Source: Callorhinchus milii | Taxonomy: Eukaryota | Direction of reading: 5' to 3' | Length of the DNA stretch: 64,000 bases | Assembly (NCBI RefSeq): GCF_018977255.1 | Contig: NW_024704743.1 | Coordinates: 12,278,001 to 12,342,000, forward strand | In this document: positions 47,281 to 59,974 of the stretch, piece after piece | Layout of the letters: each line of letters begins with the position of its first letter | Numbering within the stretch: position 1 is the stretch's first letter | The notes under the pieces: generated by a model | What the model was told of the DNA's origin: nothing | Database searches by the model: none | The model's input: only the letters and a program-made list of their open reading frames with translations | Translations under genes and position numbers: made by a program

Positions 47281-47537
47281 CACTGAACCCTCTGACCCCC
47301 CCCCCCCCCTTTATAACGAGGAGGAGGAGAGAGAGAGAGAGTGAGTGTGGGAGGGAGGGGGGAGGGAGGGGGGAGGGAGGTGTGGCGATGATTTGGGATG
47401 TTGTTTTCATCAGAAAGTGATTGACTGACCACAAGATTTCAGTGAGAAACGAGCGAGAGACAGAGCAAAGCCACGCAGCGAGAGAGAGAGAGAGAGAGGG
47501 GGGGGAGGTCGCCTGTCCATTACAGAGGCGCGGGTCT

Positions 47538-47616
47538 GTCTGTCTGTGTGTCTGTCTGTCTGTCTGTCTGTATCTGTCTGTCTGTGTGTCTCTCTGTCTG
47601 TCTGTCTGTGTGTCTG
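47538..47616. repeat. (TGTC)n microsatellite
   Basis: Direct reading. Confidence 0.9.
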
Positions 47617-47799
47617 TGGGGGTGGGGGAGACAGAGAGAAAACAATTCTTGTTCTCAATAACCTTACCTGACGATCAACTTCAAAGGTCTCTGACGGGGT
47701 TGGGTTGGGGGGAGAGAGAGGGAGAAGCAGGAACACCCCCACTGCCCCCACTCACCCTTTTTGGGGGACTTGTATTTGTGTGGATTCGCATTGGCACCG

Positions 47800-47883
47800 A
47801 TGGGCAGCACCACCGTGGATTGCGCTAAAAAGAAAGCAGGAATGAAGAGGAGCAAAAGACACGTCCTGCACCTCAATATCCCG
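47800..47883 (+). CDS. Candidate first coding exon of an unidentified gene (MGSTTVDCAKKKAGMKRSKRHVLHLNIP)
   Basis: ATGG at 47800, 28 codons of protein-like composition, donor CCG|GTAAGG at 47884, CpG-containing unique leader; no downstream exon identified in the window. Confidence 0.55.
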
Positions 47884-47907
47884 GTAAGGGGACCCGGGCA
47901 TGTTCTG

Positions 47908-49058
47908 GGAGGGGGGGAGAGGGGGGGAGAGGGGGGATGTATTTGGGGGATGCGGGAGAGGGGGAGTTGTGGGGGCGCGGGGGAGGGTGTGTGTGGGGAG
48001 ACGGGTGTGTGTGGGGGAGGGAGGGGTGGGGGGGAGAGGGTGTGTGTGTGGGGGGAGGGGTGTGGGGGGGGAGAGGGTGTGGGGGGGGAGAGGGGTGGGT
48101 GGGAAAGGGGTGTATGTGTGTGTGGGGTGGGGAGGGGTGGGAGAGGGGGGGGGGGAGAAGGGTGTGTGGGGGGGGGGGGGGGGGGGAGGAGGTGTGTGTG
48201 GGGTGGGAGGGGGGGGGGAGGAGGTGTGTGTGGGGTGGGGAGGGGTGGGGGGAGGAGGTGTGTGTGGGGTGGGGAGGGGTGGGGGGGGGGTGTGTGGGGG
48301 GGGGGGGGGGGGAGAAGGTGTGTGTGGGGTGGGGAGGGGTGGGGGGGGGGGAGAAGGTGTGTGTGGGGGGGTGGGGAGGGGTGGGGGGGAGGAGGTGTGT
48401 GTGGGGTGGGGAGGGGTGGGGGAGGAGGTGTGTGTGGGGTGGGGAGGGGTGGGGGGGAGGAGGTGTGTGTGGGGTGGGGAGGGGTGGGGGGAGGAGGTGT
48501 GTGTGGGGTGGGGAGGGGTGGGGGGGAGAGGTGTGTGTGGGGTGGGGAGGGGTGGGGGGGAGGAGGTGTGTGGGGGGGGGGGGTGGGGGGGAGGAGGTGT
48601 GTGTGGGGTGGGGAGGGGTGGGGGGAGGAGGTGTGTGTGGGGTGGGGAGGGGTGGGGGGGAGGAGGTGTGTGTGGGGTGGGGAGGGGTGGGGGGGAGGAG
48701 GTGTGTGTGGGGTGGGGAGGGGTGGGGGGAGGAGGTGTGTGTGGGGTGGGGAGGGGTGGGGGGGAGGAGGTGTGTGTGGGTGGGAGGGGTGGGGGGAGGA
48801 GGTGTGTGTGGGGTGGGAGGGGTGGGGGGAGGAGGTGTGTGTGGGTGGGGAGGGTGGGGGGGAGGAGGTGTGTGTGGGGTGGGGAGGGGTGGGGGGAGGA
48901 GGTGTGGGTGGGGTGGGGAGGGTGGGGGGAGGAGGTGTGTGTGGGTGGGGAGGGGTGGGGGGAGGAGGTGTGGGTGGGGAGGGGTGGGGGGGAGGAGGTG
49001 TGTGTGGGGTGGGGAGGGGTGGGGGGGAGGAGGTGTGTGTGGGGTGGGGAGGGGGGTG
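47908..49058. repeat. ~1.15-kb G-rich minisatellite (~33-bp unit)
   Basis: Tandem GGAGGAGGTGTGTGTGGGGTGGGGAGGGGTGGGG(G) units. Confidence 0.95.
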
Positions 49059-50029
49059 TGAGGATTTTATTTGTTTTGCAGTGGGGGGTGTTGCGGATTG
49101 CTGTGGTTTGGATTTGGATGTGTGTGTGCTGGGGTGGGTACAGGTATATGGGAGGGGGTGTTGGGTTGGGGGTACAGTTCCAGATTGCTGCTCGTGTAGC
49201 TTTCCTTTGCTTGTAAACAAGTTACCCCCACACACGCACATGCACATGCAATGTGGAGAGAGAGAGAGAGCTGTCATGCTGAGGCAGTACCTCTTATAAC
49301 AAGCAATAATCTTTGCAATTGATCTCTGCAAGCTTTGAAAATCCCTGTGTAGTTGGGATACATGGGAATCTCAGCTTGGTTTGGATACTCTTAAGCATGG
49401 TGATAGGTTTTCACACGTGTCAGACACTCGCTGACGCCCAGAATATATTTGCAAATAATATTCCTCACTTTTTCATGTCAGGAGGTCTTCATGTCAAAGC
49501 TCTTCACAGGATTTTATAGTAAATTGCAGTGTGTATTTTGTGGACAAATGCAGCAACCAGTTTGTGCACAGTAACGTACCCGCAAACAATGATGTTTGAA
49601 GTACTTGAGTTTTTCGGGGTGGGTGGATTCTCGGCCAGGACAGTGGGAGAAATCACCTCGACTTTTCTGGTAACACCATGGGATCTTTAATGTCCACCTG
49701 AACAGGCGAAGGCTGGCACCTCTGACAGTGCAACACTCCTCCCACCAGCACTGCATTAGAGTGTTTGTACTATGTATGCTGGTTTAAATATTAATAATGA
49801 TAATCATGGCATTTGATTTGGCACCTTATCATGCATTAAAACATCTTAAAGTCCCTCACAGTATTTCTAGTGCAGTGTAGTGACTGTGTATTTGCTCAAG
49901 AACGACTTGAGCGAGTATCTCAGGGTGGGAAATCGCCCAAAAAAATGTACTGTAAATGTAGCCAGGCTAGAGCTAAATGCAATTTCAAGGCTTTTGATTG
50001 TGAGAAAGGAATTGGTTATTCTAACACTG

Positions 50030-50415
50030 TGTGTCATCACCGAGCCAGAAGGTTGTGGGTTCAAACCCCTCGTCTTGGAACTCATATAGTCTAAGAAGCT
50101 GACACTCCAATGCAGTGTCGAAGATGCCTCCCTTCACATGACTTGTTAAACCAATGTGCCAGTTCAGGGGGAAGTAAAGGATCCCACGGCTCTAATTGAA
50201 AAAAAAAGGGTAGTTTTTCCTGTTGTTCTGACCAACAATCCCGCAGGTTTAAAAAAACATGTTCAGTCACTACTTGTCCATTTGTGGGACATTATTATAT
50301 CCAAATTGTCACTTTTGCCCACGAAACAGTCACTTTGCAGTATATCCTGTGAAGTACTTTGGGATGTCCTCCTGATGTGAAAGACTCAATACTAAATGTA
50401 AGGAATATTATTATT
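50030..50415 (+). mobile_element. Deu-domain SINE
   Basis: cagaaggttgtgggttcaaaccc head, gctgacactcca, aggatcccacggc core, tail. Confidence 0.7.
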
Positions 50416-51122
50416 GTGCGTCATGGTCATATTTTGGACTGCTGTGTGTGGATTTCATCACTGTATCTCCCAAACATGTAGCTATAACAGAGAACTAGAA
50501 TCATAGAATTATACAGCACAGAAGGAGACCATTCGGCCCATCGTGTCTGTGCCAGTTCTTTGAAAAGAGCTACCCAAATCAATCCCACTCCCCCGCTCTC
50601 TCCCCATAGCCCTACAAACTTGTCCTCCCCAAATAATTATCTTATGCACAGTAGATGGTCATTCAATCCACTGCATTCCTGTAGTGTTTGCACCTCCAAT
50701 GAAGCCATAAAAACAATAATAGCCGTTGCATTTGATATAGCGCCTTTCATGTCAAGAGCGCCTGACAGGATTTATTGCAGTATTGTGACTGTGAGTTTTG
50801 TAGGTGAACACGGCAGCCAATTTTGCGCACAGCAATGTCCTGGAAACAGCCGTGAAGTGAATGACTGATTTTATCTGGGCTTTTTGTTAGTTGTCTGTTT
50901 ATCCCATTTTCTCATTCTTATGACATCTAAAACCGCTCCTCACAGGGTTTTTACCCATTCTCCGCACCCTATATACCTTTCCTCTACATGCAATTCCCAT
51001 TTAAATGCCACCCTCCCACACCAAAGACTAATCCCACAGCAGGGTCATTTCATAATATGGAAAATTATCCCTTAATCTGACAAACCACTGGAAGAATTTT
51101 TATCTCCCAACTTCCCCATTAT

Positions 51123-51475
51123 GGAGTCCTGTAGTATAGTGGTTAGCGCATTCGTCTGGCAAGCAAGAGGACCCTAGTTCAATTCCTGGGCAGGGCGAGA
51201 CCTTAGGCAAGTTTCCTTGCTCCATATGCCCCTGTTTATCTTGCAGTAAATAGGAACCCGGTTATTAGTCAATTGGTGGATCAGATATACTGGGGGTAAT
51301 AATCCCTCAAAAAAATTTTTGTCACTCAATCAACGACTGTTTGTGGGACATTGGCTGTCATGTTTCACCCACAAAATACACAGTCAAACCTCTTCACAAT
51401 ATATTCTGTGAAGCGTTTTGAGACATCTCAACAACCTGATATGCTGCTATATCAAATGCAAGTATTATTATTATT
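51123..51475 (+). mobile_element. tRNA-Ala-headed SINE
   Basis: ggagtcctgtagtatagtggttagcg head to (ATT)n tail. Confidence 0.87.
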
Positions 51476-52759
51476 GATCTTTTGCTCCGAGTTATGATCC
51501 GAAATTCAGAGAGTTCAGCATCCAAACTCATTTGGGATAATAGGTCAGAAGAGAAGGTGACGACAGTGATTTGCTATTTATTTTTCGGTCTCCTCTCCCC
51601 TAGACAGTGACTTATTCTTGTAGTGAGAAGCAGCTCTCTGGCACCTCATCCAAGTCGCCCTTCATCCTGTGTGATCGAGTTTCAATAGGCTGCTTGACCA
51701 TTGGATGGCATCATACCCAAGTTCTCCTCTGCTCTCCCAATGAACCACATCCAATTTCTGACAGGGGTCACTGAGTAGCACTATGATAATATGCATCCAA
51801 ACTCACCACACTTTATATCAAAAACCTTGCAAAGCAAAACAATAACATCAACAACAAATAACATGTGTATAGCGCCTTTCACATCGGGCGGCGTCCCAAG
51901 GGTTGGACAGTCAGGACGCGAGCTAGGGCTTGAGATTGGCAAGGTGGCTGAATGTACGGTCGAAGAGGAGAGTCTTGAGGCCGGCCTTCAAGGAGGCAAG
52001 GGAGGGGGCGAAGCGAAGGGACTATCAGACACCCCCTCCCACCCCCCCACCACTGGTTTTGAAAGGTGCTACATCAAATGCAAGGATGATTATTTTCCTC
52101 GTCATTTGAAATGTCTCAAAGCGCTTCATAGAAATTGTACTTTAAAGTGTGATGGCTCTATCCCGCAGTCTCTCCGCCTCACCCCCTCCCTTGGCTCCTT
52201 CAAGATCCATCTCAAGACCTTCATCTTCGACCGTGCTTTCGATCTCCCTGCTTTTGGGGATCAGGAATATCCTACAAACAGCCACAAAGCGAATGACAAA
52301 TTTTATTTGGAGGATTGTTGGCCAGGACACCGAGAAAAACTCCCTTGTATTTTTGAATAGCACCAAAGGATCTTTGTGTTGGACTGTCAGCCTTTTGATA
52401 CAGATCCTCTTCACATCGTCAGAACGTCCCAAAGAGCTTCACAGAAAGAGAAACAATAATAATCCTTGATATAGCCCCTTATCATGTCTTCGAGACATCT
52501 CAAAGCGCTTCACAGAATACACTATAAAGTGTATTGACTGTGTATTTTGAGTGAAACGTCGTGACTGTATTTGTAGGCAAACTCGAGGGACCAGAGAAGT
52601 TGCACAATGGAAAGCAGTGCCTATTGTGTTGGAGTGTTTCTCATGTTTTAGTAAGGAATTTTTTTTAACAAAAACGACTGCTTGAATCTTTAAATTTCTT
52701 TTTCATTTTGTGAATCTTTAGTAATGAGATGATTCATCACTGAAGGATGAACCAGGTTG

Positions 52760-53225
52760 TCAGCCTGGCTTAGTTGGTAGCATTCTCGCCTCTGAATCAG
52801 AAGGTTGTGGGTTCAAGCCCAATTTCGGGAGATTTGAACTCATATCATGTAAGCTGACACTCCATTGCAGTGGCTGTTGCATTATTGGAGGTGCCATCCT
52901 TCAGATGACATGTTAAACCAAGGTCCCATCTGTCTCTCTAGGTGGACATTAAAGATTCCATAGCTTTATTTGAAAAGAGTAGCAAATTTCCAGTTTAAAA
53001 TTGGTCATTCGTTCACAGCTGTTTGTGGGACATGCTGTGCACAAATTGCACTCATCTACAAAATATAACAGCAACAAAAACTACATTTGTATAGTGCATT
53101 TCATGTCAGAAGGATGTCTCAAGGTGCTGAAATACACAATCACTACATTTAATAGTAAATCTTGTGAAGTGCTTGGAGATATCTTGATGACGTGACAAAT
53201 TGCTATATATGCAAGGGTTAATATT
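52760..53225 (+). mobile_element. Deu-domain SINE
   Basis: ggcttagttggtagcattctcgcctctgaatcagaaggttgtgggttcaagccc head plus Deu core. Confidence 0.78.
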
Positions 53226-54463
53226 ATATATTATGTTGACTCCTATTCCATTTCTTCAAGGATTGCTCTCACCCGCACTCTTGTATCTAAACATGAGGAA
53301 TTGGGGGTGCAGGGGGATGTAATCCATGATGAAATAGATGATCTGGATTAGAAATGGTTTTATTGGCATCAATGTCTCTCTTGAAATCAATAATTCTCAA
53401 CTAGATATATCTAATCTTACTTCCCCTTTAGATGAATCGTGTAGTTAGGCTCTCACCAATTCTTCTGAGTTGAGCCACACCAATCATCTTTAAGAGAATG
53501 CCTCCATTACTCCAAAGATCGCTATAATCTCCCAGACACAACCTGTCCTGTGACTTCTCCCCAAATTCAAACACCAAATTAGAACATGAAGGGAGGAGAT
53601 TAAGAGAATTTGGGTTTGACAGAGGAATACTCAGACTTGGAAATATCCTGCCTAGACGGCTGGACCATAATAGGTCACTGGACAATGCAGAATCCATATT
53701 AGCTTTTAAAAAGGGAATAAGACAATTGAAAGAAAAGAAAGCCATTACAAGGGAATGGTTGGTATTGGGAGTAGTGGAGCTGAAAGGGAGAGCTCTTTCA
53801 GAGATCTGGTGGCACAATGGGTAGAATGGCCTCCTTGTATCCTGTGAGATTCTGTGGTTCTGCCATCTGAGGCACATTGGCTGCTTGTTACATGATGTGT
53901 GCTGGGGGAGAAAGCGTGGCCATGCGTTTGCAAAAAAAAAAGTGAAGTGTTTTTGCTTCCTCTTGCCTTGTCCATAGAACCACAGAAACTTAAAGCACAG
54001 AAGGCCATTCAGCCCACACACTGTGCCCGTGCTTTCTTTTAAAGAGTGATCCTTTTCAGTCACATTTACTTACCCTATCCCCTTGCATACTCATTCGTTG
54101 TGCATTAACCCACATAAGAGGAAAGCGTCTTAACAAGATAGCTCAGAGCTGTGTGCTTGATTGAATTATTTCTACACTGAGAGATGTTCACAAAAGGCCA
54201 AGGCTTTCAGTTCTGGCTACTTTCAAGGCCGCAAGGCTGAAAAGGGTAATTTTCGCTGAAGAAATTTCAGAGAATTTACAGCGTAGGAGGAGGCAGTTCA
54301 GCCCCACAAGTCTAAACTGGTGAAAAAAACAGAGATTGCCATTGAAAGCATTGCCTGATGAGCTTTCCTTCTGCTTGTCCAGCTCTTCCACTAGAGCTAA
54401 CCTCTCTTGTCCCATATCCCAGTCTGTAACCCCTTTTTACAGTTTTTCCCCTTTTTACCTTTG

Positions 54464-54860
54464 GGAGTTCTGTAGTGTATTGGTTAGAGTACTCGCCTAC
54501 TGCCGGAGTCCTGTAGAGTGCTGGTGAAAGCACTCGACTCACTTGCGAGAGGACCCAGGTTCGATTCCCAGGCAGGGCCAAATGTTAAGCAAGTTTCCTT
54601 ACTCCACATGCCTCTGTTTACCTAGCAATAAATAGGAACCCATTTGTTATTTGATCGGTGGATTGCTTTCCGGGGGTAATAATCTCTCCAATTTTTTTTA
54701 AAGTAATACAAAATTAGTGACTCAATCCATGACCATTTGTGGGAAACTGCTGTGTGCAATTGGCTGCCCACAAATATAAATTCATAGAATATATTGTAAT
54801 TCACTTTGAGACATCACAATAACATGATAAGGCACTATAACAAATGCAAGGATTCTTCTT
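54464..54860 (+). mobile_element. tRNA-Ala-headed SINE with duplicated partial 5' head
   Basis: ggagttctgtagtgtattggttagag... immediately followed by a second ggagtcctgtag head and full body. Confidence 0.8.
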
Positions 54861-54924
54861 ATGATGCTGTGCTGTTACGTTCCATTGTTCTAAGCACTGT
54901 AATAGTGGTTGAGTAACCGCCAAG

Positions 54925-55675
54925 GTTGGTATTTAGTAATGTCGGCTCATACCCCACTGTAGTAAGGGAGGGGTGCTGCATTGTCAGAGCTGCCATCCTT
55001 CATATCAAACAGTTTCAATTGCACATTAAAGGTCCCACAGTACTACACTGGGCCCCATGTCAATTATTTGCATGCGCATCCGCATTAAGAATGGGGCAAA
55101 GCAAAATGCTCTTTTTGGTCAGCGGGCATCTGACACATGTGGAAACCCATCACCATGTTCAACAGTATCCAAACCAAACTGAGAATTTCATGCTTTCCAC
55201 CTACACATGGAAATTCCAGAGATATATTGTTGGAATGGAACTTGCGCTGTCTCCCTGGAGGGACACATCCTGCTTACCTAATTCCGGAAACTATTAGGCC
55301 TAGGTCGGCAAGAGCCAAGGCTTGGGAACCCCAGAGTTTGAGTTGGGGAAATTGCTGGAATCTAACCAGCTAAAGCAGCATAGCTTGTCATTGATATTAC
55401 TGCGTGGCAAGCTTTCCGATAGCTTGTCTAGCTAGGACCACCTGTTAGGGCTTTGGCTTGTAGGGTTAACAAGAGCTGAGTGGGATGACTCCCTGCCCCA
55501 AGTGACTGGTCTGCCAAATCCTACCGATGACCCAGGCTGGCTGTGCTATCATCAGCGGTGACTTGGAATACTGTGGACCTACCTGGCTCAGGAACTGGAC
55601 TAGAGACTGCCACTGTTAAGTGCTCCGAAACGCTACTCTGCTTGAAGGGCAGTATATAAATGCAAGGTGTTGTAA
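54925..55675 (+). mobile_element. Composite SINE: Deu head + ~520-bp extra domain + L2-type tail
   Basis: Deu core 54960-55045; body 55085-55610 with homologues elsewhere in the window; tail aagtgctccgaaacgcta...tataaatgcaag. Confidence 0.65.
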
Positions 55676-55844
55676 TGATTATTATTATTAATAATTAATA
55701 GGATTAACGACGCAAGACCTCTGGTTTTGTTCCCGAATCCTTCCCCAAATCCACTCCGAGATCCGCTCCAGACCTTTGTTCTTTCTACTGCCAAACTACT
55801 AACCACAATGAAAAGTACCTGGTCCTTGCAACTACATAACTACA

Positions 55845-56340
55845 ACTTGCATTTATGTGATGTCCTTCCCATAGGATAAGGATTCGGAGTGCTTTACAAA
55901 GATCAGGTGGGAAGCTAAGAGAGGCAGGGTGGAAGATGACTGAATGTGCAATTAAAGAGGAAGGTCTTCAGATGTGCCTTGAAGAAGGCAAGGGAGGGTG
56001 TGAGGCGCAGGGTTTCTGGGATGGAGTTTCAAAGGTTGGGGGCAGAAAGGGTGAGGGCTCGATCGCCAATGGTGGAGCAAGCTGGACAGGGGACATGAAA
56101 CAATGCCTGCGGAACAGAGGGAGTGGACAGGCTGGTATAGTATTAATAGGTCGCAGAAATGGGGAGGAGCAAGGCCATGGAGAGCTTTAAAAGTGAGAAC
56201 AAGGATTTTAAACTCGATCCTCTGGGTTATGGGGAGCCAGTGGAGCAGGGCTAATCAGTTTACAGCGCTTGGTACAGGAGAGGACATGAGCTGCGCAGTT
56301 CTGAATAATTTGCAGGTTGTGGAGGGAAGAGTTGGGAAGT
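55845..56340 (-). mobile_element. L2 3' fragment (older)
   Basis: LHWLPITQRIEFKIL-type motifs in reverse. Confidence 0.75.
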
Positions 56341-56759
56341 CCTCTATGCTCTGCGCTGCATTGTCAGAGGTTCCATCCATCGGATGAGATGTTAAACCGA
56401 GGGCCTAACTGCCTGGCTTTGAGACATTCAAAAGATTGCATGGCACTACTCGAAAAGTGAAAGGAGTTTCTCCTGGTGTCCTGACCAACAATACTACTAA
56501 TTGGTTGCTGTATTTGCCTAGAAATACACTTTACAGTAAATTCTGTAGAGCGCTTTAAGACGTCCTCCCAACGTAAAAGGCACTGTTATCAAACTTGGTG
56601 GCTACTATTTATTTAAATCAATAGTAAATTTAATGATAGGTAATGGATCAGCTGGATTTTGCTAAGAGGGAAGGTGTTAGTTGACTCATCACTTATCAGG
56701 TCAAAAATATGTGAGGCAACAAGAAACCAGATGAACTGGATGCTGGTTATTTATTATGC

Positions 56760-57150
56760 AATAATCATAAGAATAATCCTTTCATTACATGCAGAGTCTT
56801 TCACGTTAGGAGAATGTGCTTCACAGGATCCACTTGCGAAGTGTAGTGACTGTTGTGGGTGAACGTGGCATGAAGTAAATGAACAATTTTTTTCTGCGGG
56901 ATTTTTGGCCAGGACCCTGAGAGAGAAACTCCCGTCTCTTTTTGAATAGTGCCTTTGATGTCTTTTTGAACAGTGCCTTTGTTGGGACCTCAGTTAATGT
57001 CTCATCTTAAGGAAGGCACCTCCGATAATATAACGCACCCCCAGCACTGCGTTGGAGTGTCAGCTTAGATGATGTGAGTTCCAAGACCTGACTTGGGCTT
57101 GAACCTACAAACTTCTGACTCAGAGGCAAGAGTGCTACCAACTGAGCCTG
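56760..57150 (-). mobile_element. Deu-domain SINE
   Basis: Reverse Deu core and tRNA-like head (..tctgactcagaggcaagagtgctaccaactgagcc). Confidence 0.75.
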
Positions 57151-57784
57151 CTTTCATACCCTTGCAAGTTTACTAAAGCAGCAGAGAAAAAAGGCACATG
57201 TTCAGGATTTAGACACCAGGAAGTAAATATTTGCCCAAAAGGATATTAACAATTAGGACAACACCTGGACAGGTAGATGGATCTCCAACAATGGAGGGCC
57301 TGAGCACTAGCCTGGGTCATGATACCATGTCTTGACATGGGTTTGTACTCGCAAACTTCTGATCTAGGGGTGAGGGTGACAACAAATGATACCTAGGACT
57401 CTGCGACCTTCAGCAGCTGGGTCGTCATGCTGACGAGATGGAAATCAGAAGTTAGTTCATACAGTCAAGAATGTTTTGCACAGTTAGATCCGGAAGCCTG
57501 GGAAATTAGCAGGAAAGAGCTGAACAACCATCGTTGCCAAATGCCAAGCACAGATGGAGAAACACTGGGGAGTAAGAGTCTTCCATCGCAAGTGTTCCAC
57601 TATTCTCGTAACGTCTTTTTCCTCAGGAAGCATCTAAATTTCCATCTCGTAACACTAATGTAAAAAAACATTTACCACAATGCTGGGGTGGGGGGAGAAA
57701 CGGGGATGAACAACAAGGCCTGAAATTTAAAATCAATCATAATAATCCTTGCATTTGATATAATGCTGTGGGACATATAATATA

Positions 57785-58030
57785 TAATCCTTGCATTTGA
57801 TATAGCGCCTTATCATGTTCTTGAGATGTCTCAAAGTGCTTCACAGAATATATTGTAAAGTGGATTGACTGTGTATTTTGTGGGTGAAAAACAGCAACTA
57901 GTTGCGCACAGCAGCGTCCCACAAAGTCATGTATATTAATACCATGACTTTATTATTATTACCATTATTCGTTATTACCCCTGGAAAAGCGATCTGGCAA
58001 TCAAATAACAACCAGGTTCCTAGTTACTGC
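57785..58030 (-). mobile_element. tRNA-Ala-headed SINE, partial
   Basis: Reverse tail and body; duplicated tail start at ~57740. Confidence 0.8.
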
Positions 58031-58099
58031 TCAGCTGGGCCAATAGAATAGTGCGGTTGCATGTTTCCCTTGCAATCCGCCCTAAGCGTCCTTCTTCTC

Positions 58100-58285
58100 T
58101 ATGTGTTTGTTCGTGTCTGTGTGTCTCTCTCTGTGTTTGTGTGTGTCTGTGTTTGTGAGTATCTGTGTGTCTCTCTCTGTGTGTTTGTGAATGTCTGTGT
58201 GTGTCTCTCTATGTGTTTATGAGTGTCTCTGTATGTGCCTCTCTATGCATTTGTGAGTGTCTGTGTGTGTGTGTGTCTCTCTCTA
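58100..58285. repeat. Degenerate (TG/TC)n microsatellite
   Basis: Direct reading. Confidence 0.85.
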
Positions 58286-58587
58286 TAGCTCAGTGGTTAG
58301 AGCACTCGCTGTGCAAGCGAGACATCTGGGTTCAATTCCAGGCAGGGCAAAACCTTGGGCAGGTTTCCTTACTCCACATGCCTAATAATAATCCTTCCAA
58401 AACAAAAATAATAAATTGGTAATTTTCAATCCACAACTATTTGTGGGACACTGCTGTGCGCAATTAGCTGCTGCGTTTCGCCCACAAATATACGGTCAAT
58501 TCACTTTACAGCATAATCTGTGAACCGCTTTGAGACATCTAGAAGATGTGGAAAGCGCTATATCAAATGCAAGGATTATTATTATTA
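58286..58587 (+). mobile_element. tRNA-Ala-headed SINE
   Basis: tagctcagtggttagagcactcgc head to attattatt tail. Confidence 0.87.
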
Positions 58588-59974
58588 AAAGCGACCTTAT
58601 TGGCACCAATCAACTCCCTGCAATTTTCTGCAAAATTTGTCAAATTTCCCTGGATTTTTCAGATTCCCCCCGCAATTTTGGGCAAATATCTCCGAATTTT
58701 TCTATTGGTCCAGCTGCTCCGTAAACAGAAGCATGTGTATTAAGGAAACTTGTGTAAGGTCTCGTTCTGCCTGGGAATTGAACCCAGGTCATCATCCTTC
58801 GAGGTGAGTGCTCTAACAAATACTTCAGATGAGACTTTAAACCAAGTCAGGTTTAACGACTGAACAGTTTACCTATTCAGATTGACTTTCACAATCCGTA
58901 TGGTGCTGTTTGCAAAGGAAAGGAAGTTTCTCCTGGTGTTGTGACCAATAATCCACCAGTGATTAAATTGGTGAATTCACTTCATGGCTGTTTGTGGGGA
59001 CTTGCTGTGTACAAATTGGCTACACGCTTGCCTACAAACACTTAGCAGCAATTACTCTTGGAGGGCGTGGAGACCTTTTAACATTATAGGTGTTGTATCA
59101 AATGCAAGGATTGTTATTATTATAATCGCAGCTCAGAGGGTGAGGTAGAGAGGTTGAGACAGGGTATTCCTGAGGAATAAAAACAATCACCACAATCAAA
59201 AGCAATTATTTCTGAAGACACTTCTTCCTGTTCCCAGTCTCAGTGCCTTGCTCTTTCCGCAGATACAGTCAGACCCTATTTATAAAGGTATATCTCTGAT
59301 TCTTAAATAATGCAACGTAGTCCTGTGCTATTCTAGATCATAGAATCCCAGAAATTTACTAGATAGAAGGAAGCCATTTGGTCTTTCATGTCTGTGCTGA
59401 CTCTTAAAAGAGCAATCCTTTCAGTGGGGTCAGAGAAGGTCCCGACAACTATTTGCATTTATTTAATGCCATTTCAAGTGGGGTAGCATCTCGGAGCAGA
59501 GGGGGAGGGGAGCTGCTAGGGTTTGAAGGGGTTTATAGATGAGGGGGAGGACCTTGAATCAACATCTATTGGGAGACGGTGGGGCTTGTGGAGGACAGAC
59601 TAACTTTCATCATCACCTTCTAGTGACTTGGAGTGTTTTTCCCTCCAACCAGCCCCTCCACACCGCTGAGGCTGAATAGGAGATTTGGTCGGAGTGAATA
59701 GCAGGAAGAGTGGCCACTCCAGCAACTAAACTAAGCAGCTAATGTAAAGCGGTTTCTCAACACGATGGAGTTCTGAGCAGCGACTTGACACTCTCCCCGC
59801 TGCTGCCAGCCCTCATCGCTGCTGCTACCCCTCCTTCCTCGCTACCACCCACTCCCCCCTCCAAAGTAAAAACACATAATTCTTGTATTTGACATAACAC
59901 CTTGTTATGCTCAAAAGCATTTTACCTGTAATTACTGTCAAGTGCTGTGATTATGTATCTGTAGGCAATCACAT

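Noticed and set aside
47800..47883. Naming this exon MAP2K3/MAP2K6
   Set aside because: Only a generic D-motif resemblance; no kinase exons are visible in the window.
47908..49058. CRISPR-like array
   Set aside because: The units are contiguous low-complexity repeats with no unique spacers, in a vertebrate context.
45742..49331. Long ORFs of 200-555 aa on both strands
   Set aside because: They are translations of GA- and G/T-rich tandem repeats that lack stop codons; only 47800-47883 looks coding.
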